NCBI GenBank assembly: GCA_034003955.1 | Contig: JAVEXO010000001.1 | Coordinates: 72,756-136,755 of the forward strand | From: Spirochaetia bacterium | GTDB taxonomy: Bacteria > Spirochaetota > Spirochaetia > Treponematales > UBA12059 | Length of the DNA stretch: 64,000 nt | Direction: 5' to 3' | Part shown: piece after piece, positions 1-9,169 of the stretch | How positions within the stretch are numbered: position 1 is the first letter of the stretch | How the letters are laid out: each line of letters opens with the position of its first letter | Program-made: the position numbers and the translations under genes | Notes under the pieces: generated by a model | Database searches by the model: none | What the model was told of the DNA's origin: nothing | Seen by the model: the letters and a program-made list of their open reading frames with translations, nothing else

Positions 1-1232
1 GCGGGTGATGCGTTGGGGTTGGCTGTGGCAAAGGCGGCAAAGACGTCGCGTTCTATGAGGCTGGACAGAGACGCTTCTTCCTCTGCCGACATCTCTGGTT
101 CCTTGATTTCAAGGTCGGGGGCAATGCCTGTCTTGTCTATATTGGCGTCGCTGGGCGTGTAGTATCTTGACATGGTCAGCTTGAAACCGGTTTCTCCGAG
201 TGGCAGGACCTGTTGCACGGAACCCTTGCCGTAGGAATTTTCACCTATCAGATAGGCTCGTTTCTGGTCCTTGAGAGCGCCTGCCAGAATTTCTGATGCA
301 CTGGCTGAGCCCTTGTTTATGAGGACAGCGACATTCATGTCTGCGGGTAAGCCCATCTCGGGTCTAGCCTGGTATACCGCATTCTCGTAGCGGTTGCGCG
401 ACTTGGTGGATACGATGACTCCCTTATCTATGAAGAGGTCTGCTACCTGGATGGCAGACTGCAGGAGACCGCCAGGATTGTTTCTCAGGTCTATTATGAG
501 GGAAGAATAGCCTTGGGCCTTGAACCAATCCAGTGATTCCTTGACGCGAGGCAGGGTCTGCGGCGTAAATTCTATTATACGCAGATAGGCTACGCCACCT
601 GGAAGCATGGCACGTTTTGTCGTTGGAACCTCTATCAAGGCCCGGACTATTTTCTCGTCGAACACCAGGGCCGTTCCACGCAGTATCGTGATGGTTACCG
701 TGGATCCAGGATCGCCTCGGAGGCGCTTCAGGACCTCGTCCATGGTCAATGGCTCGGTTGGCTCTCCGTCTATATGGGTTATCCTGTCACCTGGCATGAT
801 ACCGGCTCGCCAGCCGGGTGTATCCTCTATGGGCGATACGATGTCGACTACCAGGCGCTTGTCGGGTGTCTTGGGGTCTGGTAAGGGCTTTGAAATATAG
901 AGACCTATGCCGCCGAACCTGCCCGTCGTCGTATCGCTCATGTCGCTCATCATCGCCTCGCTGAGGAACACCGAGTAGGGGTCGCCTAGCGAGTCAAACA
1001 TACCCTTCATGGCGCCTTCGTAGAGCACCTTTGGGTCAACCGTGTCTACATAGTTATCCAGTATGAAGCCAAACGCGCTCTGAAAGATTGAAAAATAGCG
1101 CTGGCTTTCGGCCTTGGCGTCCTGGCCATAGGCTGCCGGAGCACTGAATGACAACGCGGCACAAAAAATCGCTATGACTGCTACTGCGCCCCAGGCTGCG
1201 CGATCGCGTCCTCGATCATTGGATATCTTCAT
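1..1232 (-). CDS. C-terminal processing (tail-specific) peptidase, S41 family; C-terminus lies beyond the window edge
   Basis: Absent from the ORF track because it is open to the window edge. My translation from the ATG (rc of 1230-1232) gives MKISNDRGRDRAAWGAVAVIAIFCAALSFSAPAAYG (signal peptide), a PDZ-like GDRITHIDGEP, DLRNNPGGLL, and LINKGSASASEILAGALKD (S41 catalytic-Ser region). Confidence 0.85.
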   Translation of the reverse strand, partial: MKISNDRGRDRAAWGAVAVIAIFCAALSFSAPAAYGQDAKAESQRYFSIFQSAFGFILDNYVDTVDPKVLYEGAMKGMFDSLGDPYSVFLSEAMMSDMSDTTTGRFGGIGLYISKPLPDPKTPDKRLVVDIVSPIEDTPGWRAGIMPGDRITHIDGEPTEPLTMDEVLKRLRGDPGSTVTITILRGTALVFDEKIVRALIEVPTTKRAMLPGGVAYLRIIEFTPQTLPRVKESLDWFKAQGYSSLIIDLRNNPGGLLQSAIQVADLFIDKGVIVSTKSRNRYENAVYQARPEMGLPADMNVAVLINKGSASASEILAGALKDQKRAYLIGENSYGKGSVQQVLPLGETGFKLTMSRYYTPSDANIDKTGIAPDLEIKEPEMSAEEEASLSSLIERDVFAAFATANPNASP

Positions 1233-1290
1233 GGTATAACTATCCTCATTGGCGGACTCGCAGTCAACTATCCGGAAGGCTTACTTTCTA

Positions 1291-1320
1291 TTGACAGTCA
1301 AGAATTCATGGCACTAGACT
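1291..1320 (+). promoter_or_regulatory. sigma-70-like promoter candidate for cheR-cheB (TTGACA-N18-TAGACT)
   Basis: TTGACA at 1291-1296, an 18-nt spacer, TAGACT at 1315-1320, about 52 nt upstream of the cheR ATG at 1372. Confidence 0.4.
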
Positions 1321-1371
1321 TCGTTCAGACCGTGCGTGGCTTATTATCATATTGTTGCGGAGAGGCACTCG

Positions 1372-2181
1372 ATGGCTGATTTTCTGGTCGATTCTGAATT
1401 TGAACTCTACCGCAAGCTCATCTATGATGAGAGCGGCATCCATTTTTCAGCGACTAACCGTTCTATTCTAGAGAGCCGTCTTCGTGAAAGGCTCAGGGAC
1501 AAGAAACTACAGACTCCACAAGAGTACTATGCAATACTCATAGCCGATAAGGAAGAACTGAAGGTTCTCCTCGATTCTGTAACAACAAATCTGACAAGGT
1601 TCTTCAGGAATCAGGCTCATTTTGACGCCATAGAGCATTTCGTCGTTCCAGAGCTGATTAAACTGAGGCAATCGGAACACAAGCTGCGGGTCTGGAGCGC
1701 TGGCTGCTCTACCGGCGAGGAGCCGTATACCATAGCCATGCTCTTGCGTGAGTTGTTGCCGGCAGGATGGAACGCCGAGGTGACGGCCAGTGATATTAGT
1801 CTAAAGTCCTTGATGGTAGGCAAGGAAGGCTTCTACCCAGAAACCCGTGTTCAAGGAATCCCTGAGAACTATCTTCCAAAATATTTTGACAAACGATCCA
1901 ACGGGTACCAGGTTAAAGATGATATAAAGAAGACAATACGCTTTGACTACCACAATCTCAAGAATGATTCGGGGCAACGAAACCTCGATGTGGTATTCTG
2001 TAGAAACGTTCTAATTTATTTTGATGAGGCTGCTCAAAAGGCAGCCATAGAACGCTTCTGGGATGCCATGGCCCCTAAATCCTTCCTGTTCATAGGTCAT
2101 TCTGAGTCTCTGTTCGGTATGAACACCAAATTCGAGTTCGTAAAGACCGATTGGGCTTGTTTCTATAAAAAATCTATATAA
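1372..2181 (+). CDS. cheR: chemotaxis protein methyltransferase CheR
   Basis: ORF track gives 1336..2181. I moved the start to ATG 1372 (GGAGAGG upstream; MADFLVDSEFELYRKLIY). Motifs: LTRFFRN, SAM-binding VWSAGCSTGEEPYTIAM, VFCRNVLIYF. Confidence 0.9.
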   Translation: MADFLVDSEFELYRKLIYDESGIHFSATNRSILESRLRERLRDKKLQTPQEYYAILIADKEELKVLLDSVTTNLTRFFRNQAHFDAIEHFVVPELIKLRQSEHKLRVWSAGCSTGEEPYTIAMLLRELLPAGWNAEVTASDISLKSLMVGKEGFYPETRVQGIPENYLPKYFDKRSNGYQVKDDIKKTIRFDYHNLKNDSGQRNLDVVFCRNVLIYFDEAAQKAAIERFWDAMAPKSFLFIGHSESLFGMNTKFEFVKTDWACFYKKSI

Positions 2182-2199
2182 AGGACGTGGAGGAACGTC

Positions 2200-3321
2200 A
2201 TGCCCGATCCAATTCTTGTCCTGGTAGTCGATGATTCAGCCTTGATGCGCAATCTCGTCTCAAAGATAGTCGACGCTACGCCTGGCTTGCGTACCGTAGA
2301 CAAGGCCATGAATGGCCTGTTTGCCCTGCAGAAGATTCCCCGCTGTCAGCCTGATGTCATAGTGCTCGACATAGAAATGCCGGAGATGAACGGGCTCGAG
2401 TTTCTAAAGGAAAGGAAACGGCTGGGTATAGAAATACCTGTCGTCATACTATCGAGCGTGGCCAAAAGCGGGGCTCAGGTTACCATGGAGGCCCTGTCTC
2501 TGGGAGCCGCAGATTTTATAACCAAGCCTTCTGGCTCAGTGTCGTCTGATATACATACGGTGGCCGGAGAGCTTTCACGTATGCTTGTGGCCTATGGTTC
2601 GCAATACCGCCGCTCCAGGGGTAATGAGCCACCACAGTACCGTTTTGAGACACCCGAGCGGATGTTTGAGCCAATCCTGCCAGAGCCACCTAAGCCTTCA
2701 GTTAAAGAACCGCTAGCCATAAAACCACGTAGGTCTCCCGGTACGACGGAGATACTGGCCATGGGAATATCCACAGGCGGACCAAACGCCTTGCGGGAGG
2801 TGTTTGCCAGGATAGCGCCTGATCTGCCCTGTCCGGTGGTGGTGGTTCAACACATGCCTGCCGGCTTTACCGAGGAATTTGCCGCGAGCCTCGACCGTAT
2901 CTGCCCTCTCGATGTCAAGGAAGCCGCCGATGGTGACCTTCTAAGACCCGGCCGCATACTGATAGCCCCTGGTGACTGGCACGTCGTGGTGGAGAAGCGA
3001 TCCCTGGCCAGCATTGTCCGCATAAACCAGGATCCAGCAGAAAACGGACACAGACCGAGTGCCGATGTCTTGTTTAGAAGTGTAGCCAGGGAATACGGAA
3101 ACAAGGCCTTGGCCGTCATAATGACCGGTATGGGCAAGGATGGAGCCAGGGAACTAGGCTCTGTTTACAGGGAGGGTGGCATGACGCTTGGCCAGGACGA
3201 GGCGTCTTGTGTCGTCTATGGCATGCCAAAGGTGGCGTTCGAGATGGGCCATGTTATGGAACAGGTATCACTGTCCAACATGGCTGCCCGAATCTCAGCC
3301 TTGGCCAAGGAGAGGCGATAG
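2200..3321 (+). CDS. cheB: chemotaxis response regulator protein-glutamate methylesterase CheB
   Basis: Receiver domain (LVVDDSALMR, VLDIEMPEMNG) plus methylesterase domain (GISTGGPNAL, VVVQHMP, TGMGKDGA, CVVYGMP). Starts 18 nt after cheR. Confidence 0.9.
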   Translation: MPDPILVLVVDDSALMRNLVSKIVDATPGLRTVDKAMNGLFALQKIPRCQPDVIVLDIEMPEMNGLEFLKERKRLGIEIPVVILSSVAKSGAQVTMEALSLGAADFITKPSGSVSSDIHTVAGELSRMLVAYGSQYRRSRGNEPPQYRFETPERMFEPILPEPPKPSVKEPLAIKPRRSPGTTEILAMGISTGGPNALREVFARIAPDLPCPVVVVQHMPAGFTEEFAASLDRICPLDVKEAADGDLLRPGRILIAPGDWHVVVEKRSLASIVRINQDPAENGHRPSADVLFRSVAREYGNKALAVIMTGMGKDGARELGSVYREGGMTLGQDEASCVVYGMPKVAFEMGHVMEQVSLSNMAARISALAKERR

Positions 3322-3494
3322 GCGGCTTGTGGGCTCCTGTTACTTGCCCTCTGTTGGTGCTTATATTACTTTATACACGATGCTTTAAGGCAATTCTTGC
3401 ATTTGGGAGACCTGCCTTTGAATGTATAGATCAATTTAACTGCCTCATGGCTGTTAAATCACCGTGCGCAGTCAATGCATGACAGGAGGCCCCT

Positions 3495-3650
3495 ATGGCT
3501 ATTGAAAGAGAAGATGAAAGCAAACAGAAGAGCGTGAAGAAAAACCCGAATGAAATTGATAACAAGCTAGATCCTTGCAACAAACCACATGTGGCCGAGG
3601 CTACCAGGAATACAGACGCCGATGAGGCCTGCGACGACGCGGTTCATTGA
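3495..3650 (+). CDS. small acidic hypothetical protein (51 aa), absent from the ORF track
   Basis: ATG at 3495 lies 5 nt after AGGAGG (3484-3489). Translation: MAIEREDESKQKSVKKNPNEIDNKLDPCNKPHVAEATRNTDADEACDDAVH. TGA at 3648-3650, hairpin 13 nt downstream. Confidence 0.4.
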   Translation: MAIEREDESKQKSVKKNPNEIDNKLDPCNKPHVAEATRNTDADEACDDAVH

Positions 3651-3662
3651 TCAACGTACAGT

Positions 3663-3687
3663 AGGAGAAGCCTCGGAGGCTTCTCCT
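3663..3687. terminator. stem-loop between convergent genes (possible bidirectional terminator)
   Basis: AGGAGAAGCC(T)-CGG-(A)GGCTTCTCCT gives a 10-11 bp perfect stem. It sits between the small ORF (+) and the nifU-like gene (-). The flanking U-tracts are weak. Confidence 0.55.
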
Positions 3688-3694
3688 ATTGATA

Positions 3695-3922
3695 TCAGCC
3701 TTGTACTACTTCTGAGACTTCTGGAAGCACCTTTTTAAGATAGGCTTCCACACCCTGCTTAAGCGTCATGGTGGCCATGGGGCAAGAACCGCAAGCACCC
3801 TTGAGCTTGACTATGACCTTGCCTTCATCGGAAACCGATATAAGCTCTATATCTCCTCCGTCTGCCTGCAATGACGGTCGTACATCCTGAATCGCCTTAT
3901 TGACACTCTCAAAGTTTAACAT
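3695..3922 (-). CDS. NifU C-terminal (Nfu-type) Fe-S cluster scaffold/carrier domain protein
   Basis: 75 aa containing GACGSCPMATMTLKQGVE (the CxxC motif of the Nfu/NifU C-terminal domain). Confidence 0.85.
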   Translation of the reverse strand: MLNFESVNKAIQDVRPSLQADGGDIELISVSDEGKVIVKLKGACGSCPMATMTLKQGVEAYLKKVLPEVSEVVQG

Positions 3923-4129
3923 TGATACTCCTCAGCGATAATGTAACGGTGGCTCTATAGTTGGGTCAAGCCGGGCCACAAGGCTCACTGTGGCGCTAAC
4001 AGACGTTAATTATAGATTAAAGTATATATAGATAAGATACTTGACTTGATCGGTGTATAAAGGCACAATCTGGTGCCAAACTCAATTGTTATCATGGTTC
4101 CTCTTATTTTTATGCATTAAGGAGATTAT

Positions 4130-6085
4130 ATGACCGGCACCAAGAAGATCCTCATCCTCGGCGGCGGATACGGCGGAGTAGGGGTGGGTAAGATACTGGA
4201 AAAGCATTTCAGGAAGCAGGCAAATATCCAGATTACCCTGGTAGACAAGAAGCCGTTTCATACGCTCATGACGGAGCTTCATGAAGTAGCTGGCTGGCGT
4301 ACCGAGCCTGAATCGATCCAGGTTAGTTTCAAGAAAATATTCGGCACCAAGAAGATAGAAGTCGTCCTGGATGAGATTACCTCGGTGGATTTCAAGGCCA
4401 AGAAGGCCGTAGGCAAGGCGCGGACCTATGAGTTTGACTATATAATCGTGGGAGCCGGAGCCGAGCCTGAGTATTTCAACATACCTGGCGTCAAGGAGAA
4501 CTCCTTTAGCCTCTGGTCATTCGAAGACGCCATGCGCATCAGGCACCATGTCGAAGATGTTTTTGCGCGCGCCGCAGAAGAAACAGACCCTGAGGTACGA
4601 AAACGCCTGCTTACCTTCGTCGTCGCCGGAGCCGGTTTCACCGGTATAGAGATGATAGGCGAGTTGCTTGAGTATCGTGATGTCATGTGCAAGAAGTACT
4701 ATCTTAATCGTTCTGAGACCCGCGTAATAAACATAGAGGCCCTGCCCTCGATTTTGCCAATCCTCGAGGAGTCCCTGCGGGTCCGTGCCGAGAAGTATCT
4801 GGCCAAGATGGGTTGCGAGCTCATGCTTAACGCCTCTATCATTGGAGCGGAACCAGGCAAGGTGCTCTGCAAGGACGGTAAGGTCTTTGAGACAGATACC
4901 TTTATCTGGACCTGTGGTGTCAAGGGAAGCTCCTTTGCCGCCGGGCTTGATCTGCCGAAGGGCGAGCGTGGTAGAGGCAGGCTCCAGGTAGACGCTGAGC
5001 TCAAGAGCCCCGACTATCCCTATGTCTATGTCGTCGGCGACAACGCCTTCTTCCTGGAGAACGGCAAGCCATTGCCCCAGATAGTAGAAGCCGCGCATCA
5101 GATGGCCGAGGTAGTTGCCAAGAATATTATTGCCGACGTAGAGGGCAATCCTGAACGCCATGCCTTCAAGTCAAACTTCCATGGCTTCATGGTGTCTATA
5201 GGCGGACGCTACGGTGTAGCCAATGCCGGCGGCATCAAGTGCAGTGGCTTCATGGCCTTGGCGATGAAGCATATCATCAATATGGGGTACCTTCTCAGCA
5301 TTGCGGGTATAAACCAGGTATGGGAATACGTCAAACACGAGTTCCTTGATATAAAGAACAGGCGATCGTTCATAGGGGGATTTGCGGCGCACAAGGTACG
5401 TGGCTACTGGCCTCTCCTCCTTCGCATGTGGCTTGGCCTCATGTGGGTGATTGGTGGTGTCAACAAGATAGGAGAAGGCTGGCTCGCATGGTCGGAAGGT
5501 TCCAAGAGTGGCTGGATGTTCAGCTCCGGAGTCATTCAGAAGGGCGTGCCGATAGTAGAGGCAGTTAGCGCCGCTTCTGATGCCGGTGATTGGGCCGAGC
5601 CTATCGTGGAAGCGACAGCTGCCGCCTCAGACGCTGTGGTTGAGACAGTATCTATTGTTGCAGATGGGGCCACAAGGGCCTTTGGTGAGGTTTGGGATCT
5701 TACCAAGCCAATATTCGACTTCAATGGAGTCGTCAGCACCTGGTTCAGGACAACCTTCATGGACGGCATGTTCGCATTCCTGCCCTACCAGGGTTTCCAG
5801 GCCATGATAGTCGTCACGGAAATAGCCATAGGCCTGGCAATCTTCGGCGGCTTCTTTACCTGGTGGGCCGCTATGGCGAGCATCGCGATGTGCGTCGTCT
5901 TTACCCTGTCCGGCATGTTTGCCTGGGACCAGCTATGGTTTGTTTTTGCCGCAATTCTCATGCTTGGTGGAGCGGGCAGATCCTTCGGTTTAGACTACTG
6001 GAGCGTACCCTTCTTCAAGAAGTGGTGGAATGGCACGAAGTTCGCCCGCAAGTGGCATTTCTATGCCGATGATCCTACGAAGTAA
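4130..6085 (+). CDS. type-II NADH dehydrogenase-like flavoprotein fused to a C-terminal DoxX/DoxD-like membrane domain
   Basis: AAGGAG SD. N-terminal ~400 aa: ILILGGGYGG, VVAGAGFTGIE, VYVVGDNA (two Rossmann folds, NDH-2/pyridine nucleotide-disulfide oxidoreductase). C-terminal ~230 aa: multi-TM LLLRMWLGLMWVIGGVNK ... MLGGAGRSFGLDYW (DoxX-like). Confidence 0.8.
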   Translation: MTGTKKILILGGGYGGVGVGKILEKHFRKQANIQITLVDKKPFHTLMTELHEVAGWRTEPESIQVSFKKIFGTKKIEVVLDEITSVDFKAKKAVGKARTYEFDYIIVGAGAEPEYFNIPGVKENSFSLWSFEDAMRIRHHVEDVFARAAEETDPEVRKRLLTFVVAGAGFTGIEMIGELLEYRDVMCKKYYLNRSETRVINIEALPSILPILEESLRVRAEKYLAKMGCELMLNASIIGAEPGKVLCKDGKVFETDTFIWTCGVKGSSFAAGLDLPKGERGRGRLQVDAELKSPDYPYVYVVGDNAFFLENGKPLPQIVEAAHQMAEVVAKNIIADVEGNPERHAFKSNFHGFMVSIGGRYGVANAGGIKCSGFMALAMKHIINMGYLLSIAGINQVWEYVKHEFLDIKNRRSFIGGFAAHKVRGYWPLLLRMWLGLMWVIGGVNKIGEGWLAWSEGSKSGWMFSSGVIQKGVPIVEAVSAASDAGDWAEPIVEATAAASDAVVETVSIVADGATRAFGEVWDLTKPIFDFNGVVSTWFRTTFMDGMFAFLPYQGFQAMIVVTEIAIGLAIFGGFFTWWAAMASIAMCVVFTLSGMFAWDQLWFVFAAILMLGGAGRSFGLDYWSVPFFKKWWNGTKFARKWHFYADDPTK

Positions 6086-6133
6086 ACGCTGCATCGAGTA
6101 TAGCTCTGTGCAATAATAGCTAAGGTACAAAGG

Positions 6134-6169
6134 ACGCAGAGGCCGGCGCAAGGCGCCCCTCTGCGTTTT
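6134..6169 (+). terminator. rho-independent terminator after the NDH-2/DoxX gene
   Basis: ACGCAGAGG..(inner GGCGC/GCGCC)..CCTCTGCGT followed by TTTT. Confidence 0.7.
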
Positions 6170-6226
6170 CCACTCCAGGACTCCTCCTGCGGGACGGGAC
6201 AAACAGTGAAGCGAGCCAAATAGACG

Positions 6227-7189
6227 ATGAGTGATTTCTGGAACGGGCTCCCGGGCATGCCAGAGAGTCTGCAGGCGGTTAGAAGACGCATGATAGACGC
6301 GCTTGGCTCCGATAGATTTCCTCTCGCCAGTGCCGTCAAAGAGCTCATTGAAGCCAACGGCAAGTTGTTGCGTCCTGCGTTCGTCATCATGGGAGGGCGA
6401 TTCGGCAAGGAACAGAGGAACCTCATAGACCTGGCCGCGGCCATAGAGCTCCTTCATATCGCGACGCTCATACATGATGATGTAATAGATGAGTCTGATA
6501 CTCGACGTGGAGTCGAGTCTGTCAATGCACGCTATGGTGCAAAGCACGCGGTGCTTACCGGGGACTGGCTCTTTTCCCGTAGTTTTAGGCTGGTGACAGA
6601 GAATGCCAAACCACAGAATGCGCGTCTCCTGGCAAGCCTGGTGCAGGCTCTTGTCTCAGAGGAGATACACCAGGATTTAGAGCGTTTTACATGGCCCAAG
6701 AGCCAACGAAATTATCTGCGCAAGATAGGTGGCAAGACTGCCGCCCTTTTTTCTCTTGCCTTGCGTGCCGGGGCCCTTGAGACGAAGAGTTCCCCGCTCA
6801 TTGTCACGGCCTTGGTCAGAACCGGCTACAATGTCGGCATGGCATTTCAGATCATGGACGACATCCTCGATTACGAGTCTAGTGCAGACACCATGGGTAA
6901 ACCCGTGGCAAAGGATGTTCGAGACGGGCTATGCACCCTGCCTTTGATACTGACGATGCGATTGCATCCTGAAACCATCCTGCCTTTGCTCGGCCAAGAA
7001 AGGCCTGACGAAGCGAGCGTCTCGGCTATCGTCGAAGTTGTAAGGCAGTCCGGGGCGATAGACTCCGCCAAGACTCTTGCGCAGCGGTATACCGAGAGAG
7101 CCATGCTTGAGATTTCCCGTCTGCCCAAGGGTGTCGCTCGGGATGAGCTGCGCGATACGGTAGAGAAGCTACTTACAAGGAAGTACTGA
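6227..7189 (+). CDS. trans-polyprenyl diphosphate synthase (IspB/HepT type; chain length not inferable)
   Basis: Two Asp-rich motifs: LIHDDVIDESDTRRG and FQIMDDILDY. Confidence 0.85.
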   Translation: MSDFWNGLPGMPESLQAVRRRMIDALGSDRFPLASAVKELIEANGKLLRPAFVIMGGRFGKEQRNLIDLAAAIELLHIATLIHDDVIDESDTRRGVESVNARYGAKHAVLTGDWLFSRSFRLVTENAKPQNARLLASLVQALVSEEIHQDLERFTWPKSQRNYLRKIGGKTAALFSLALRAGALETKSSPLIVTALVRTGYNVGMAFQIMDDILDYESSADTMGKPVAKDVRDGLCTLPLILTMRLHPETILPLLGQERPDEASVSAIVEVVRQSGAIDSAKTLAQRYTERAMLEISRLPKGVARDELRDTVEKLLTRKY

Positions 7190-7216
7190 TCCGGCTCCTC
7201 ATCCATGCTCCTGCCT

Positions 7217-7257
7217 AAAAAAAAGAGAGGAAGGAACCACAAGGAACCCTCCTCTCT
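7217..7257 (-). terminator. rho-independent terminator of fhs (the stem is also usable by the convergent synthase gene)
   Basis: Minus strand reads AGAGAGGAGGG-loop-CCTTCCTCTCT followed by T8 (A8 on the plus strand at 7217-7224). Confidence 0.7.
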
Positions 7258-7282
7258 AGTAGTTTAATGCACTAAGGGCAGA

Positions 7283-9046
7283 TTAAGACAATCCAATTAT
7301 GTTTCCCGTCTCTGTGTCTATGTCCATGCCCAGGTAACCTGGCTTGCTTGACAGGCCTGGCATGGTGTTTATTTCTCCCGACAGTGGGTAGATGAAGCCT
7401 GCTCCAGCTGCCAGCCTGACATCGGCTATGGGGAAGGTAAAGCCCTTGGGGGCACCCTTGAGGTTGGGATCGTGCGACAGGGAGTATTGTGTCTTGGCCA
7501 TGCAGATAGGGAGATTGGCGTGCCCAAGCTCACTGTACGTCTCTATTGCCTTCTCCGCATCGGGGCTGTAGCTCACGTCGGCGGCACCGTATACAGTCTT
7601 GGCTATGCGCTCTATCTTGTCCTTTATAGAAAGCTCAAGCGGATACAGGGGAGCAACCGTACTCGTAAGCTCGGCCGCTCGTACGACAGCCTGTGCAAGA
7701 TCGATGGATCCGTCTCCACCTTCAGCCCAGTTTTTTGTGACAACGGCGTCCAAGGCTCCGGCTTTTATTGCGGCTTCCTTAATGACGTTCCACTCAGCCT
7801 CGGTATCCGACGGGAAGGCATTGATGGCGACTACGGCTGGGGCGCCGAAGGCACGTACAATGTCCAGGTGGGCAAAGAGGTTTGATAGACCTTTCTTCAC
7901 GAGTTCTATGTTCTCTTCAACATAGGCCTTGGCCAGGGGTTTTCCGGGTGAAACCTTGGGAGCGCCACCATGCATCTTGAGGGCTCGCACCGTCACTAAG
8001 AGGACGACGGCATCAGGGAACATCCCGCTTGTCCTACATTTTATGTCTACGAATTTCTCGAATCCCATGTCGGCGCCGAAGCCGCTTTCGGTCACTACGT
8101 AGTCACCAACCTTGGTGCCTATCAGATCTGCTATGACAGAAGAATTGCCATGGGCTATGTTGGCAAAGGGGCCGGCGTGGACGAAGGCCAGCTGCTCCTC
8201 CAAGGTCTGCATTATATTTGGTGCCAAGGCGTCTTTCATGAGGATAGTCATGGCGCCGGCAACACCGATGTCTTCGGTGGTCACTGCCTTGCCACTCCTG
8301 TCTATGGCCACAATTATCTTGCCAATCCTGGTTCGAAGATCCTTAAGATCCTTTGCGAGCGCCAGTATGGCCATCACTTCGCTGGCTACCGCTATGTCAA
8401 AACCGCTCTGGCGTAGCGGGCCGTTGTCGACGCCCCCCACACCTAGAATGATGTTACGGAGAGCCCGGTCGTTCATATCCATGACGCGTCGCCACAGCAC
8501 CTTATAGGGGTCTATGTCTAGTTTTTTAAGACCCTGCTTCTCGAAGAATGCATCTGACCAGCGAAGTTCGTGATACATCCTGGCATCCAGGGCAGCCGAG
8601 CATAGGTTGTGGGCAGCCGAGACGGCATGAATGTCTCCTGTAAGATGCAGGTTAAAATCCTCCATTGGAACTATCTGGCTGTAGCCACCGCCGGCTGCTC
8701 CACCCTTGATACCAAAGGTAGGCCCCAGGGAGGGCTGACGAATGGCTGCTATGGCCTTCTTGCCAATCCTGCCAAGGCCTTGGGTGAGCCCTACCGTCAA
8801 TGTGGATTTGCCCTCACCCAAAGGAGTGGGGCTGATGGCCGTTACGTCTATATACTTGGCCCGTTTGGGCTTGTTGGCGTTATCCTTGAGGAATTCCAGT
8901 TTGACCTTGGCCTTATAGGAACCATAGCGGTCTATGTATGTCTCGGCGATACCGTAGTCCTTGGCTATCTCTGTAATGGGTTTGATATGGGCCGCCTGGG
9001 CAATGACAATATCGTTGGGAACAGGTTTCTTCCTCTCTATCGACAT
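7283..9046 (-). CDS. fhs: formate--tetrahydrofolate ligase
   Basis: ORF track gives 7283..9199, but the FTHFS-like sequence begins at MSIERKKPVPNDIVIAQAA (ATG 9046, preceded by AAAGGAGG). P-loop region TPLGEGKST. The longer N-terminal extension would overlap the murA start. Confidence 0.92.
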   Translation of the reverse strand: MSIERKKPVPNDIVIAQAAHIKPITEIAKDYGIAETYIDRYGSYKAKVKLEFLKDNANKPKRAKYIDVTAISPTPLGEGKSTLTVGLTQGLGRIGKKAIAAIRQPSLGPTFGIKGGAAGGGYSQIVPMEDFNLHLTGDIHAVSAAHNLCSAALDARMYHELRWSDAFFEKQGLKKLDIDPYKVLWRRVMDMNDRALRNIILGVGGVDNGPLRQSGFDIAVASEVMAILALAKDLKDLRTRIGKIIVAIDRSGKAVTTEDIGVAGAMTILMKDALAPNIMQTLEEQLAFVHAGPFANIAHGNSSVIADLIGTKVGDYVVTESGFGADMGFEKFVDIKCRTSGMFPDAVVLLVTVRALKMHGGAPKVSPGKPLAKAYVEENIELVKKGLSNLFAHLDIVRAFGAPAVVAINAFPSDTEAEWNVIKEAAIKAGALDAVVTKNWAEGGDGSIDLAQAVVRAAELTSTVAPLYPLELSIKDKIERIAKTVYGAADVSYSPDAEKAIETYSELGHANLPICMAKTQYSLSHDPNLKGAPKGFTFPIADVRLAAGAGFIYPLSGEINTMPGLSSKPGYLGMDIDTETGNIIGLS

Positions 9047-9169
9047 AAGGCCTCCTTTGGGTATCGGACAAGCTGTACTCCAGTCGGTCCGTATCGTAAA
9101 GGTAGTGTCTGCGGCTCTCACGGTCAAACGGAAGTTGACTCCACGCCGATAGACAGGTAGGATGCCAGC

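Noticed and set aside
607-900. The tracked 97-aa plus-strand ORF near the left edge.
   Set aside because: It lies antisense inside the S41 peptidase gene, whose minus-strand translation carries clear family motifs.
1308-1325. TGGCAC-tagac-TTCG upstream of cheR as a sigma-54 promoter.
   Set aside because: The nearly invariant -12 GC is absent (TTCG rather than TTGC). The same bases fit a TTGACA-N18-TAGACT sigma-70 promoter.
9047-9169. Possible ZTP (pfl-motif) or other folate/purine riboswitch in the fhs leader, since fhs is a known ZTP-riboswitch target in some bacteria.
   Set aside because: I read the minus-strand leader. It has only loose fragments (CCGACTGGAG). It lacks the conserved GGGUCGUGACUGGCG and CCGCCUGGGC elements, and the leader is too short to hold both sub-domains.
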